Shown here one piece after another: positions 23,311 to 39,700 of a DNA stretch of 64,000 bases (position 1 is its first letter; the number at the start of each line of letters is the position of its first letter). The position numbers were made by a program, and so were the translations under genes. The stretch is from the NCBI RefSeq assembly GCF_009914755.1, contig NC_060928.1, one strand, 5' to 3'. Source of the stretch: the human T2T-CHM13v2.0 reference genome, Homo sapiens. Under the pieces are notes generated by a model, which did not search any database, was not told the DNA's origin, and saw only the letters and a program-made list of their open reading frames with translations.

Positions 23311-25419
23311 TGAATTTATCCAGCAGATATCTTGAACATGTGAGACAAAATTATGTACATTATTATTCAATGATACTGTTTTTAAAAGCTGAAGACTGAA
23401 AACAATGTCCATGTCCATCATAAGGTCTAGTAAAATAAGTTCTGGCATTCATGTAGTGGAATACTAAGCAGCCATTAAAAGATAAGGAATCTCATTATGG
23501 AGTTACATAAATAATTCTAAGATATATTGTAAACTAATATATGTAGGACAGTGTATATATTGTTATCTTTATTTTTAAAATGGAGAATAATATAAATTTG
23601 TATTTTTCTGTAAAATATCTGGGAAGGTATGCAAAAAACTAATAAAAGTATTAATGGGATAGGTGGTGGTGTTATGAGAAATTGGTGAACAGGAGATCAT
23701 GGGAGACTGAAACGCAAAACATCTGTCTCTCTCTACACATACAGTATCTGAATGAACTATCTATTCAAAAAGGAAAGAAAAATAGCTCCTATAGAGTGAA
23801 TTCAATTTCGCCTACTGTGAGTTTTATGATCCTCACTTTCATCAACTGAATAAAAGGGATAAGATCCACTTCAAAGTACTTTCTGAACACTAAATTAGAG
23901 GTGTGCTTAGCTCAGTGTCTGTCCATATTAGGCACTCAGTAAATGTTAGTTGAATTAAAAAAAAATTGTCAGTCTGTTAGACTAACTGGCATCTTATTAT
24001 TTTAATTTTCATTTTCCTGATTTCTCCTGATTCTGAGCCTCTTTTCATATTTGGATTTATTATTCTCTGAATTCATATTATTTGCCCATCCATTCTTCTG
24101 TTGAATTGCTTGTTCCCTTGATGTGAATTTCTGAGTTCCCTGATTAAACCTCCTTGCAAATATTTTTCTAAATTTGTTGTGTATCTATTAATTTCGTTTA
24201 GATTTTTTTTGCAAACAAATGTTATTTTTATATTGACAAATGTGTATATTTTTTAAGGATAATGTATATTCTGCTGTTCTTACATGAAGTATTCTATAAA
24301 TGTCAACTAGATCCAGTAGATTAATGATACTACAGTTCAATTTTTACTGATTTTCTGCCTGCTGGATGAATTATTGAAAGAGAGATATTGAAGTCTCTGT
24401 GATACTGGATTTGTCTATTTCTCTTCGTGGTTCTATCAGTTTTTGCCTTACACATTTTAATGCTGTTAGGTGCATATATGTTAAAGATTGTTTTATCTTT
24501 TTGGAGAATTTACCTCTATACTTATGTAATGCTTCTCTCTATCCCTGACAGTTTTCCTTTTTCTGAAATCTGCTTTGTCTGACAATATAGCAACTCCAGC
24601 TTTCTTTTTATTAGTTTTAGCATGGCAGATCTTTCTTTATTTACTTTTCACCTATCTATGTCTTTATATTTAAAGTGAGTTTCTTACATATGGTTCCTGA
24701 AAAAATGAAAAACTAGTAAAGGCTGTTGTCTTCCTCCCTCCAAATCAACCCTGAGTAACAACAGAAACAAGAAGGAAGCAAAAGCTTGAGGAATAAGATC
24801 AAAAACTTAAGAGGAAACCATAGTTAGTGTTAGGAGTAAGTTCTGAAATACTGTTTTGCCATGCCCCACTTTGCTTTGGGACAATCAGTGCCAAACTACT
24901 GATTGCTACAGAAATCACCAGCAACAGATCAGGCTTCCTGTAGGATTAGATAAAGGGTCTGTTGAAGTGAGTTGCCAATGAAAAAGTGGGGCTGACCAGA
25001 TACTATAGAATATTGGGGCATTCACCCCTCCACTCCTTCCCTGCTGCCAGAATTTTGATAAATTATAACAGCCTTCTGCTGCTGGATTGTGGATTTCAAC
25101 ACAGATCCTTACTAGAGAAACAGTAGCAAAGAGAGAGCATCAGTTCTGTGGTTGCCTACAGCTCTTGCTTTCTGCTCCTTAAACTTGTGGGAAGGGATAA
25201 AAACGAGGGTCTGCCATTTTGCTCTACCTTTCTATCCATTATTAGAAGGGGTAGTAGATAACACTAGGAGAACATGGCTTGTGAACCAAAATATCTAGAC
25301 ACCTGAGGAGTATGATCACTATCAAACACAACAAATTCTGCAACATGTACCAACAGAAGTAGAATAATAGGATATACCAATACTTTTAATAACTCAATTA
25401 TTCATTCAACACAATTTGT

Positions 25420-27969
<2,550 letters not shown>

Positions 27970-29370
27970 TGTATTTTCTTAAAAGATCAGCCATTACCAA
28001 GTTATTATTGGATGCCTTTAATCTCTTTTGTTAGTGTATCCATATTCCAATAAAAATTTATTTATAAAAACAGGCAGTGGTCTGCTCTATAGGATCTTGC
28101 ACTAATAAGTTACTTTAATTCTTTAAGGTTGTCTTGAGAATTAAAACACATAATGTACAAATAAAACACCATGATTTGGCATATAGTAAGCACTTGAAAA
28201 TAGTAGTGGCTATTTTATTAAAATAGTGTGTTATCATACAGCTCAAAATGCTGATAAGATGAATCTGAAATTCAGACTTAAAAGTATTTTTATTATAGTA
28301 ACAAGGTTATATTTGGGATTTTAAGTTTTGTTCTACCACCAGTGGTAGTTTAAGGCTTCTTGTATAACGGTTCTTTGTGATGTTTTTCTTGTCAGAGACA
28401 CGTGTGATGAACTCTTGGGACATGTTCCACTACTTGGGGATCCTGGTATTTCCTTGCTCAGTTTTCACAAGAAATAGGTTTGGCATCTCTAGGAGTATCA
28501 AATGAAGATGTTCAGAAACGACACAAGGTGTCGTTTAAAGTTTAAAGTCATTTTCGACTTTAAAAAATATTCTATTGATATCCATTAATAATGTAGTAAA
28601 AGCTTCCAAGTTACTATAAAGTAATGGTTCTGGAAAGAGCATGTTAATTTAAAAAAATAACTACTTTAGGTATGATTGACATGTAAAGCTGTATATATTG
28701 TATATAATACAATTAGTTTGGGGATACATTCTAATCATTTATGATAATAACAACTTAGATCTCATACAAAAACTCGACACTTTAACTCATCTGTCCTCTC
28801 CCACATTGTTATCGATGTCAAAATTTACATTTTTATATTGTGCATCAATTAACAAATTACTGTAGCTATAGTTATTTTTAATACTTTTAACTCAGAGTTA
28901 AAAATGATTTTATGTATCACCATTACATTACAGTATTCTGAATGTAACTCTATACTTCCCTTTACCAGGGAGTTTCATACTTTCACGTTTTCATGTTGCT
29001 AATTAGCATCCTTTAGTTTCCACTTGAAGTACTTCAACTTTAGTTTCAGTTTTAGCATTTCTTGTGAGGCAGGTCTAGTGGTGATGAACTCCCTCAGCTT
29101 TTGTTTTTGTGGAAAAGTCTTCATCTTTCCTTTTCTGAATGACAGCTTTGTGGGTAAATTATTCTTAGTTGGGAGGCTTTTCTTTTCTTTCAGTATTTTG
29201 AGTATATCATCCCATTCTCTTCTGGCTTGCAAGGTTTGCTGAAAAACCTGCTGAAAGTCTTATAGGAGCTCCCTTGTACATGACAAGTTGCTTTCCTCTG
29301 CTGCTTTCAAATTCTTCGTCATTAACTTTTGAAAATTTGATCACAATGTGTCTCAGTGAAAAAATTTTCA

Positions 29371-29474
29371 TATCAGACAGGTAATGTGCCAGTGTTTTGG
29401 CAAGGTCTGAGAAAGGCACATCTTACACAATGGTATGAAAACCCAATCATCATGCTTATGAACCACAAAAAGAT
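29371..29474 (-). pseudogene. U13 (SNORD13) box C/D snoRNA retrocopy
   Basis: Minus strand atctttttgtggttcataagcatgatgattgggttttcatac...ggcacattacctgtctga aligns over the full length of U13; box C ATGATGA (29447-29453), box D CTGA (29373-29376). Confidence 0.88.
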
Positions 29475-29769
29475 CAATGAAGACATCTTTATGTTCAACC
29501 TACATGGAATTCTTTGGGAATTGTGGATCTGGATGTTCATTTTCCTCCCCAGATTTGGGCAGTTTTCTGCTATTATTTCTTTAAATAAGCAATCTGCCTC
29601 CTTTCTCTTTCTCTGCTTGCTCTACCACTTCTATAATGCGCATATTGGTTTAGAGTCCTGTAGGCTTACTTTATTATTTTTCCTCTTTGTTCCTTTGACT
29701 GGATAATATCAAATGATCTGTCTTCAAGTTCATTGATTCTTCTTTCTGCTTGATTCAATCTGCCACTGA

Positions 29770-30030
<261 letters not shown>

Positions 30031-30268
30031 TAGCCAGGATGGTCTCGATCTCCTAACCTCATGATCCACACGCCTCGGCCTCCCAAAGCACTGGGATTAC
30101 AGGCGTGAGCCACCGCGCCCAGCCAGAATTTGATTGTTTAGTGGTTTCTTTGTTGAAATTCTCATTTGTTCATGTATTGTTTTCCTGATTTCGTTTAGCT
30201 CACTGAGATTCAAGGTGAGTGTTCTGAATTCTTTATCAGGTAATTTATAGGTCTCTGTTTCTTTGGGG

Positions 30269-30377
30269 TCAACTGCTAGAACTTTAATTTGTTCCTTTGG
30301 TTGTCATGTTTTCTTGGTGTGTGTGTGTGTGTGTTCAACTGCTAGAACTTTAATTCCTTTGGTTGTCATGTTTTCCT

Positions 30378-30414
<37 letters not shown>
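30269..30414. repeat. Tandem duplication of a ~48-bp unit plus (TG)n
   Basis: tcaactgctagaactttaatt...gtcatgttttc(t/c)tgg(tg)n starts at both 30269 and 30335. Confidence 0.9.
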
Positions 30415-30415
<1 letters not shown>

Positions 30416-32765
30416 CTTTTAAGCCTTGTCTTCTAACTTTGCATCTGAAGAAAGAGTCACTTCCTCCAGTCTTTACTGACTAGCTTCAGAAGGGAAAGAC
30501 GTTCACCAGTCAGCCTGACTAGAGATTCTGAAGGTCTCTCAGACCTTTTCTATGATATGCCCATTCCATTCCTCTTGTTCTGTCTTGGGAGGGGAAGTCT
30601 TAGGATTGTGTGCTTTCTTTCAATCTCACAAAGCTAGACTATGTGCTGAGAACCTCCTTTTATTTTCTCTAGTGCAGTGCCTCAGAGTGTTCAAGGTTGT
30701 GTGCTTTCTTCCAATCCAGCAGGAGCCAGTTGCTGATATCTGTGTGCTATCTGCTGGGGCCTGCATACACTATCTGCAGGGGAGGTTGGGCTGCTGGCTA
30801 GTGGGTGGGTGCATGGAGTGCTGGGTGTGCTTGTCAGTTGAGGGGTTCTGCAGGTGAAGTGTCCTGTAGGGCTCATGGGTGAGCCTATGGTGGAGTCTGC
30901 AAGCCAGTTAGGAGACTCCACATCTAGCTCTGAAGAATCATGTGTTGGTTGCTATAAGCCTCTGCTTCTTTTCCCTTCTCCTAGATATTCCTAGACTATT
31001 CATCTGTGAAGAGTCCCTCAGTATTCTGGATAGGGAAAAACAGAAGTGAGCCTTTTGGGCGGCAACACGCAAGGCTAGGGAAGCTGGGCACTCACTTGAC
31101 TCTTACTTTCCTTCCTGGGAGAACTCATGGGCCAAAAGGGCCTCTCTTGGCACTGAACTCTGCTGCCTTGGAGGAGAAGGATGTAGGTAAAGTGAAACTG
31201 TTTTTCTTACCCTCTTCAATGTGTCTATTCTTGAGTTTTTCATTCTACTGGGGTGCTGGAACCTCTTAGCAGGTCTCCCAGGCTCCCAAAATGGTATTTG
31301 GTATTTCTGCAGGGGTTTGAGGGCTGGAACCTACTAATCCACCAACTTGCTGATGTCAGTCAGGGTGCCTTTAATCTGAATAGTATTATTTCACACAGAA
31401 TGCTATCTCTGAGTTTAGTAGCTCAGAGGCAAAATATAAACAGTTAAATATATAAAGTAACATTATTAAATCTCACATTTATTCTGTGCACAACTACAAT
31501 ATCGCAAAGCATTATGCAGGTTCCTTCTTCATGCCTAGTTCATCGGTGCTTGGAGTAGCTAGTTCCATAAACTTCTGAGGTAATAAGAATCTGCCTTGTT
31601 ATTTTATTATTTAATGACTATATTTATAGATTACAGTAACCATGGAATTTCTAAGGCAAAAAAGATGGCTTCCAAAATAGCAAAAGAAACTTCAAAGATC
31701 TATGGAATTAAGCTTTTAATTATGCACATATGCATATACAATTATGTATATCATATATGTGCTTTGTAACCATAATCTTTTGTCTAGTCAATGACTGCAA
31801 AAGTGGTATGTCAGTATACACTTACAGAATTATAGAAAAGAGAAGCTTTCTTCAGAGCTCACTCTATTCTATCATGTGTTTGCTTGTTTATTTATTTATT
31901 ATGGATTGACTGACAGGGTCTCACTCTGTTGCTCAGGCTGGGGTGCAGAGGCATAATCATACCTCACTGTAACCTTAAACTCCTGGCCTGAGGTGATCCT
32001 CCCACCTTGGCTATATAGATAATTCTATATACTGTTAGTTTTTAGTACCACAAAGTGTTATGGAAGGTGATTTCAAAATAGTTTCGCCATGTTATTGATT
32101 TATAGATCCCAGTTTTGTTTCTTTAGTTTTCCATTTATTTCTAGTTTGCTGGACTTCCTCTTAAAACTGTGGGGTTAAGGCAAGGCAGTTCCAAATGTAG
32201 TTCCTCATACACAAAGGGGAAGTAAGAACACCAAACACCAAAATCAAAATGTTCTAATAAAAAAAGTTTATCTCTTTAAAATGTTGAATAGACAGATTTA
32301 ATAATAATTCTTTTTTAAAAAAAATTGATTAGTTTCTCATATGATAATCATTATTTTAACCCCAACCTATAGTCCACTGTAAGTATCCTTTTAATTTGTT
32401 AAAGCATATTAGTTGTTCCATTAATTTCATCTACTTTTCCAATCCATCAATCTGTGATTCCTTTTACCTTTCTCTTATTTTGGGTTTCTTATACCTTGAT
32501 CAAATGTCCTACTTTTTCTTAGTTTATTCCTCATTTAGGTGGAACACATCCTCTATTAGCTTTCTGAGAAGAGAATGCGTAGATTGTGTATTTTTTAAAC
32601 CTTTTAGGTTTGAAAATGAGTTTATTGTAGTTTCACAATGGGTTCTTGGTTTGGATTGGTATAGAATTCTAAATTATAGGTAGTTTTTCTTCAGATATTT
32701 TAAGAATTGCCCTTTAACTACCAGAGCTACTGTTAAGAAGTCCAGTACATTTAACTTTTGTAGTA

Positions 32766-33815
<1,050 letters not shown>

Positions 33816-34989
33816 TAGAGAAAGAGCTCCAGAAATCTGCATGGGGTTCCTTAAGCATTTTATATTAATAACAATCTTACATACTCAATAGCCATGTTAT
33901 TAGTATTGACACATTACATAATTACATTGATCATGTAGATCTAGACCAACCACTGTGAAAAAAACAAGGTGCAGCTAATAATAAAAAAGATGAGTTGATA
34001 ATGAGGTAAAAAAAATGATGAAGATGAAATATCATACTAACTATGCATGTATATGTGCCAGGTACTGTTTTAATTGCTATCTATGTCTTAATTCAGTGAA
34101 TATACACAACACAACCTTAAGATGTAGGTATTACCTACATTTTTACAGGTTATATAATTTATCCTAGTAGAATCAGAATTGTAGTCTAAACAGTGTGGCT
34201 CCAAGAGTCTACAGTCTTAACTATAATGCTGTATGTAATTCCTTGCAGTAAGTAGACAGTAGTAGTGTTTTGTTATATTGTTATTAAATGCCCTTTCTTG
34301 ACCAAATAAAAAATTGGCAAACCTATCTTGACTTCCCAATTTAAAAATTTATTGGCTGATGAAATCTAAAAGCCTGGAAATCATCAATTTATAGGGCCAG
34401 TAAAGAACAAAAAAAATTAAAATTTGAGAAGTAACTGATGGAGCAAGGTCTTAAAGGGATTCAGCTCTAGAATACAGGGAGCAGTTAGATTTGGAGAACA
34501 GAACAAAAGCTAAATATAGAAGGGATTATGACCAAGTAGAGATGATGGTGAGAAAAGCTTCTCTAGTAACTAAAAATCAAGGTCATCTGAGCTCAAAATA
34601 AGCCTGGTAATGTTAATAGAAGACATAATTATTAATATAAAATAGTGAAGATTTGAACAACTTTTGTCAGGAATGAGAAAAATAAATAAATCCAGGAATG
34701 GGCTGACAGAGCAGAAAAAGACAGGGTTTCAAAACTAAATCAAAGAATGTTTAGTGGCAGTAAAAATGTACCAGAATGTGAGATTGTGGTCACCAGTAAA
34801 ATTGCTGAATTTAAGGTCTGAAAGCCAGAGTAAAGGGTCATTCATTGATGGTAAAGACGATAATGATAATAACCATTCATTGAGTATATTACAAAATTAA
34901 TTGTATCTAGTCATAACCACTGGTATCACCATATCAAAGAGAAGAAAACTGAGGCCCTAATTAATTTTCAGTAAAAAGTTAAGTTTTTC

Positions 34990-35960
<971 letters not shown>

Positions 35961-36944
35961 CAAGAGCAGACTAGTAGGCATTTGGAATTAGACTCCTAGA
36001 ATTAAGATTAGCCTAAAGAAATCTGGGCTGGAAATAGAGATTTGGGCTATATCTTAACGATCATATTTGAATTTGGGGCACTGGATGACCTAATGGGAAA
36101 AAAACATGAAAGAAATAAAAGTCTTGGGCCTAGCTAGGACAGGCAGAAGATGAGTGATCCAAGCTCAAGTGCTTGAAAGTAAATAATGACTCCTTTAACT
36201 GTATTTACATATTTATCTTGAGTTTTCTGACCACAGTTTCTTTATGTCTTTTAAAGATGGAGTCTAAAAACACTATCGCATAAGGTGGTCAGATAAGCCT
36301 ATTACATCTATTTAGAGCAATATTATCTTTAGACCATGTTTCATGTGCAGCCAAGAAGGCAGGGTTGTGGAAATGAAATACAAATATAAATGAAAACAGG
36401 ATTTAAATTTTAAGTAAAGGGAATTTAAGAAAATATTCCTTTTAAGTGGATAATAAGGATTTTTAAATTGGTGGAGTTAGGAATTATCTCCTATTACACA
36501 TTCGCATAGCTCATGTAATGCATCAGAATACCTAATATATGATCCACACCTTTTCTCTGAATTTCAAGGCCTCCCAAAAAAGTTTTATCCATATAGACTT
36601 GCATTCACTACATTTTTTCTACTTGAAAATAGCAAACCAGCTATTCACATAAACTGCTAAGAGGAAGTAAGCCAACCATAAAAAATTACATACTGTAAAA
36701 TTACTTATATGTGAGGGTCAAAAACATGCACAGCAATACAGAATAGTAGTAATGGTGGTGGATGTGGTTGGAAGGGTCGCTTTTTAAAAACGCCTCTATT
36801 GAACATTCTGTATATTGATGTGGGTGGTGGTTACCTGGAACTGTACATTTGGCATTTGAGCATTTTACTATATCTTTAAATTGAGGTATGTATTTTTTAA
36901 TTCTTTAAAGAAAAACTGCTTGGAGGTCTTATTCTTAATGCACA

Positions 36945-37635
36945 ACAATCACAAACATTAAATTTATACAGTCCAGAGAATGTAAAGTTGCTTTAAAAAA
37001 ATTCTTTCCTTTTCTCACTTTAAAATACCAAGGGGAAAAATTAAACTCAACACAGCACGTCTTGCCCTTGTCAAGATGACAGATCCTCTAAGAGAAGAAA
37101 CGAATAGGTAATGGCCTTTTCCAGATTTTCTTTTCCTAATGTACCCCACTTCCAACCTACCCCTACCTCAACTAGGGTATCTAGTTGTACCCAAGGGTGC
37201 TTCTACATTAGATCCACAGAGATTAAAGATAACAGTTAACAGAATAGTCCAGAGGACAAGGATATTCAAGTTCCATCATCTTCAGGATAAAAAAGCTCCA
37301 GGGTTTACCTCCAAACTCTCTCTAAAGGAAATCCCATCAACCTTTTAAACATCACTTTGTATACACCATCTTCTGTACTGCCCTAGCTCAAAAACATGAA
37401 CCTGTATCTAAACGTGTTTGTAGAATTTCCATTGTAAGTTTTACTTTAACAATTTTGAACAATTATAATGATAGAAAATTATTTAATCTAGATTTTGGTC
37501 AACTCTATTACTGATATTCTTTTTTAGTGAAGGACAATCACAAACACTAAATTTATACAGTCCAGAGAATGAAAGATTGCTTTAAAAAATTCCTTCCTTT
37601 TCTCACTGTAAAATAAAAATACCAAGGGGAAAAAT
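36945..37635. repeat. Dispersed ~100-bp direct repeat (36945-37041 and 37534-37635)
   Basis: acaatcacaaaca(t/c)taaatttatacagtccagagaatg...ttccttttctcact...aaaataccaaggggaaaaat occurs twice. Confidence 0.9.
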
Positions 37636-37914
37636 GGAAAGTATTTATTATAACTGGCTGTTACACTGTCATACACAATGAAATACTGGACCATTAGCAG
37701 TTCGTTATTATATGTTGTTAAGTGTAGAACTGTAAATAATGAGGCATATTATTAAGATATCACACACATTATCCAATCAGCAAGTGCACAACTTCGGACA
37801 TTTTGACTTCAGCCAAAATATGAAACAAAGTCATAGCAAGAAAGTTATTTCAAGGGAGTGAAATTTTCTCCTCTTACCCTTCAAATCTTTTAGAGATATT
37901 AATAAAAACAACTA

Positions 37915-38694
<780 letters not shown>

Positions 38695-39041
38695 AGCTTT
38701 GGATTCTTTTACCACTTTCCCGAAGGAAAAGGAACTGAAAATATCTAAGGAAGGACTACTACGAATCTTCTCTGAGTGGCAAAAACCAGAGGTTTTTGGA
38801 GCTAGGGCTGCAGTTAAGTTGCCAAGGGGCAGAGATGTAAACAGTTCCTGGTTTAGTTAAAATATTTTAATTTTTATTTTTTTAAGCCTGGCCTTTGGGT
38901 GAAGGAGTAAAATTAGGCACTGGGGTCTGGGTAGGGGGAGGATACTCATGGACGAGTATGCAACCCTAGGGCCACAGCAACCAAACTGTAGGGGAAGAGG
39001 CGGGGCGAGAGGGGACGAAGTAGAGACAGCAAGAGACTCAC

Positions 39042-39071
39042 TTTTGAAAGGCACTTTCGGTTAGAAAGCAT
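39042..39071 (-). CDS. UBE2D3: UBE2D3 alternative first coding exon (N-terminus MLSNRKCLSK); the rest of the gene lies left of the window
   Basis: ATG CTT TCT AAC CGA AAG TGC CTT TCA AAA then a phase-0 donor GTGAGT (39041-39036). Peptide matches my recall of the UBE2D3/UbcH5c isoform with an alternative N-terminus; the neighbourhood fits. Confidence 0.85.
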
Positions 39072-39149
39072 TCTCACATGCTTATCTCATCGCACACAGT
39101 ATCCTTTCTGCTGGTCTCCAGCATCTACAGACGTTAAAGGCCCAAGAGG

Positions 39150-39700
39150 AGGGCCACCTTCACACGAGATTCCGAGGAGGGCCTCGCTACCCGCCAGTTC
39201 CCGCGCCTCGGCAGTCCGCCGCGAGCGTACGTCACTCGCCCGCCGCCAATCGGCGCCCGGCAGGTCACCTCTCCTCCCAGGGCCCGCCGCCCCGCCCGCC
39301 GCCCAGGCCGAGGCCGCCAGTGCCCGCCGGCCGCTTCCGCTCCCGGCGCAGGCGCTGCAGCTTGGCCAGAGCGGAGGGGGCTCGGGAGAGGAGTGGACGC
39401 CGCTGGCCAGGATGGTGCTGGAGAGCGTGGCCCGTATCGTGAAGGTGCAGCTCCCTGCATATCTGAAGCGGCTCCCAGTCCCTGAAAGCATTACCGGGTT
39501 CGCTAGGCTCACAGGTAATCCTCCCCCATCAGCCAGTCCCCATCCTTGCACGTTCGCCAAGCGGGGGAAGGAGGCGTAAAAATCCTAGGGCCAAGGGGCG
39601 GGACGGAGCTCGGCGCCTGGCACGTGATCCCCGCGCGCAGAGGAAGGTGGGCGCGCGCCGACGCAGCTGCCTGGGGAACGCCTGTGAGGCAGTCTCCGGG
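39150..39700. promoter_or_regulatory. CpG island, bidirectional promoter of CISD2 and distal UBE2D3
   Basis: GC- and CpG-rich; E2F-like TTCCCGC (39198), CRE-like TACGTCAC (39228), CCAAT (39246), GC boxes (~39283-39300), ETS-like CTTCCG (39334), NRF1-like GCGCAGGCGC (39346), intronic E-box CACGTG (39621); no TATA box seen. Confidence 0.88.
39412..39514 (+). CDS. CISD2: CISD2 (NAF-1/Miner1/ERIS) coding exon 1
   Basis: Kozak AGGATGG; MVLESVARIVKVQLPAYLKRLPVPESITGFARLT; 103 nt; donor CAG|GTAATC at 39515. Confidence 0.97.

Noticed and set aside
24690-25400. Mixed-composition stretch that might be a processed pseudogene
   Set aside because: No recognisable protein motif, tail or TSD; it more resembles an ancient L1 5' end. 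Unresolved without a search.
28999-29419. Two ORFs with real protein similarity
   Set aside because: Frameshifted L1 ORF1p remnant interrupted by a U13 copy and an Alu.
39246-39264. Possible ER-stress element (CCAATCGGCG...)
   Set aside because: ERSE needs CCAAT-N9-CCACG; the sequence has GCAGG at that position.
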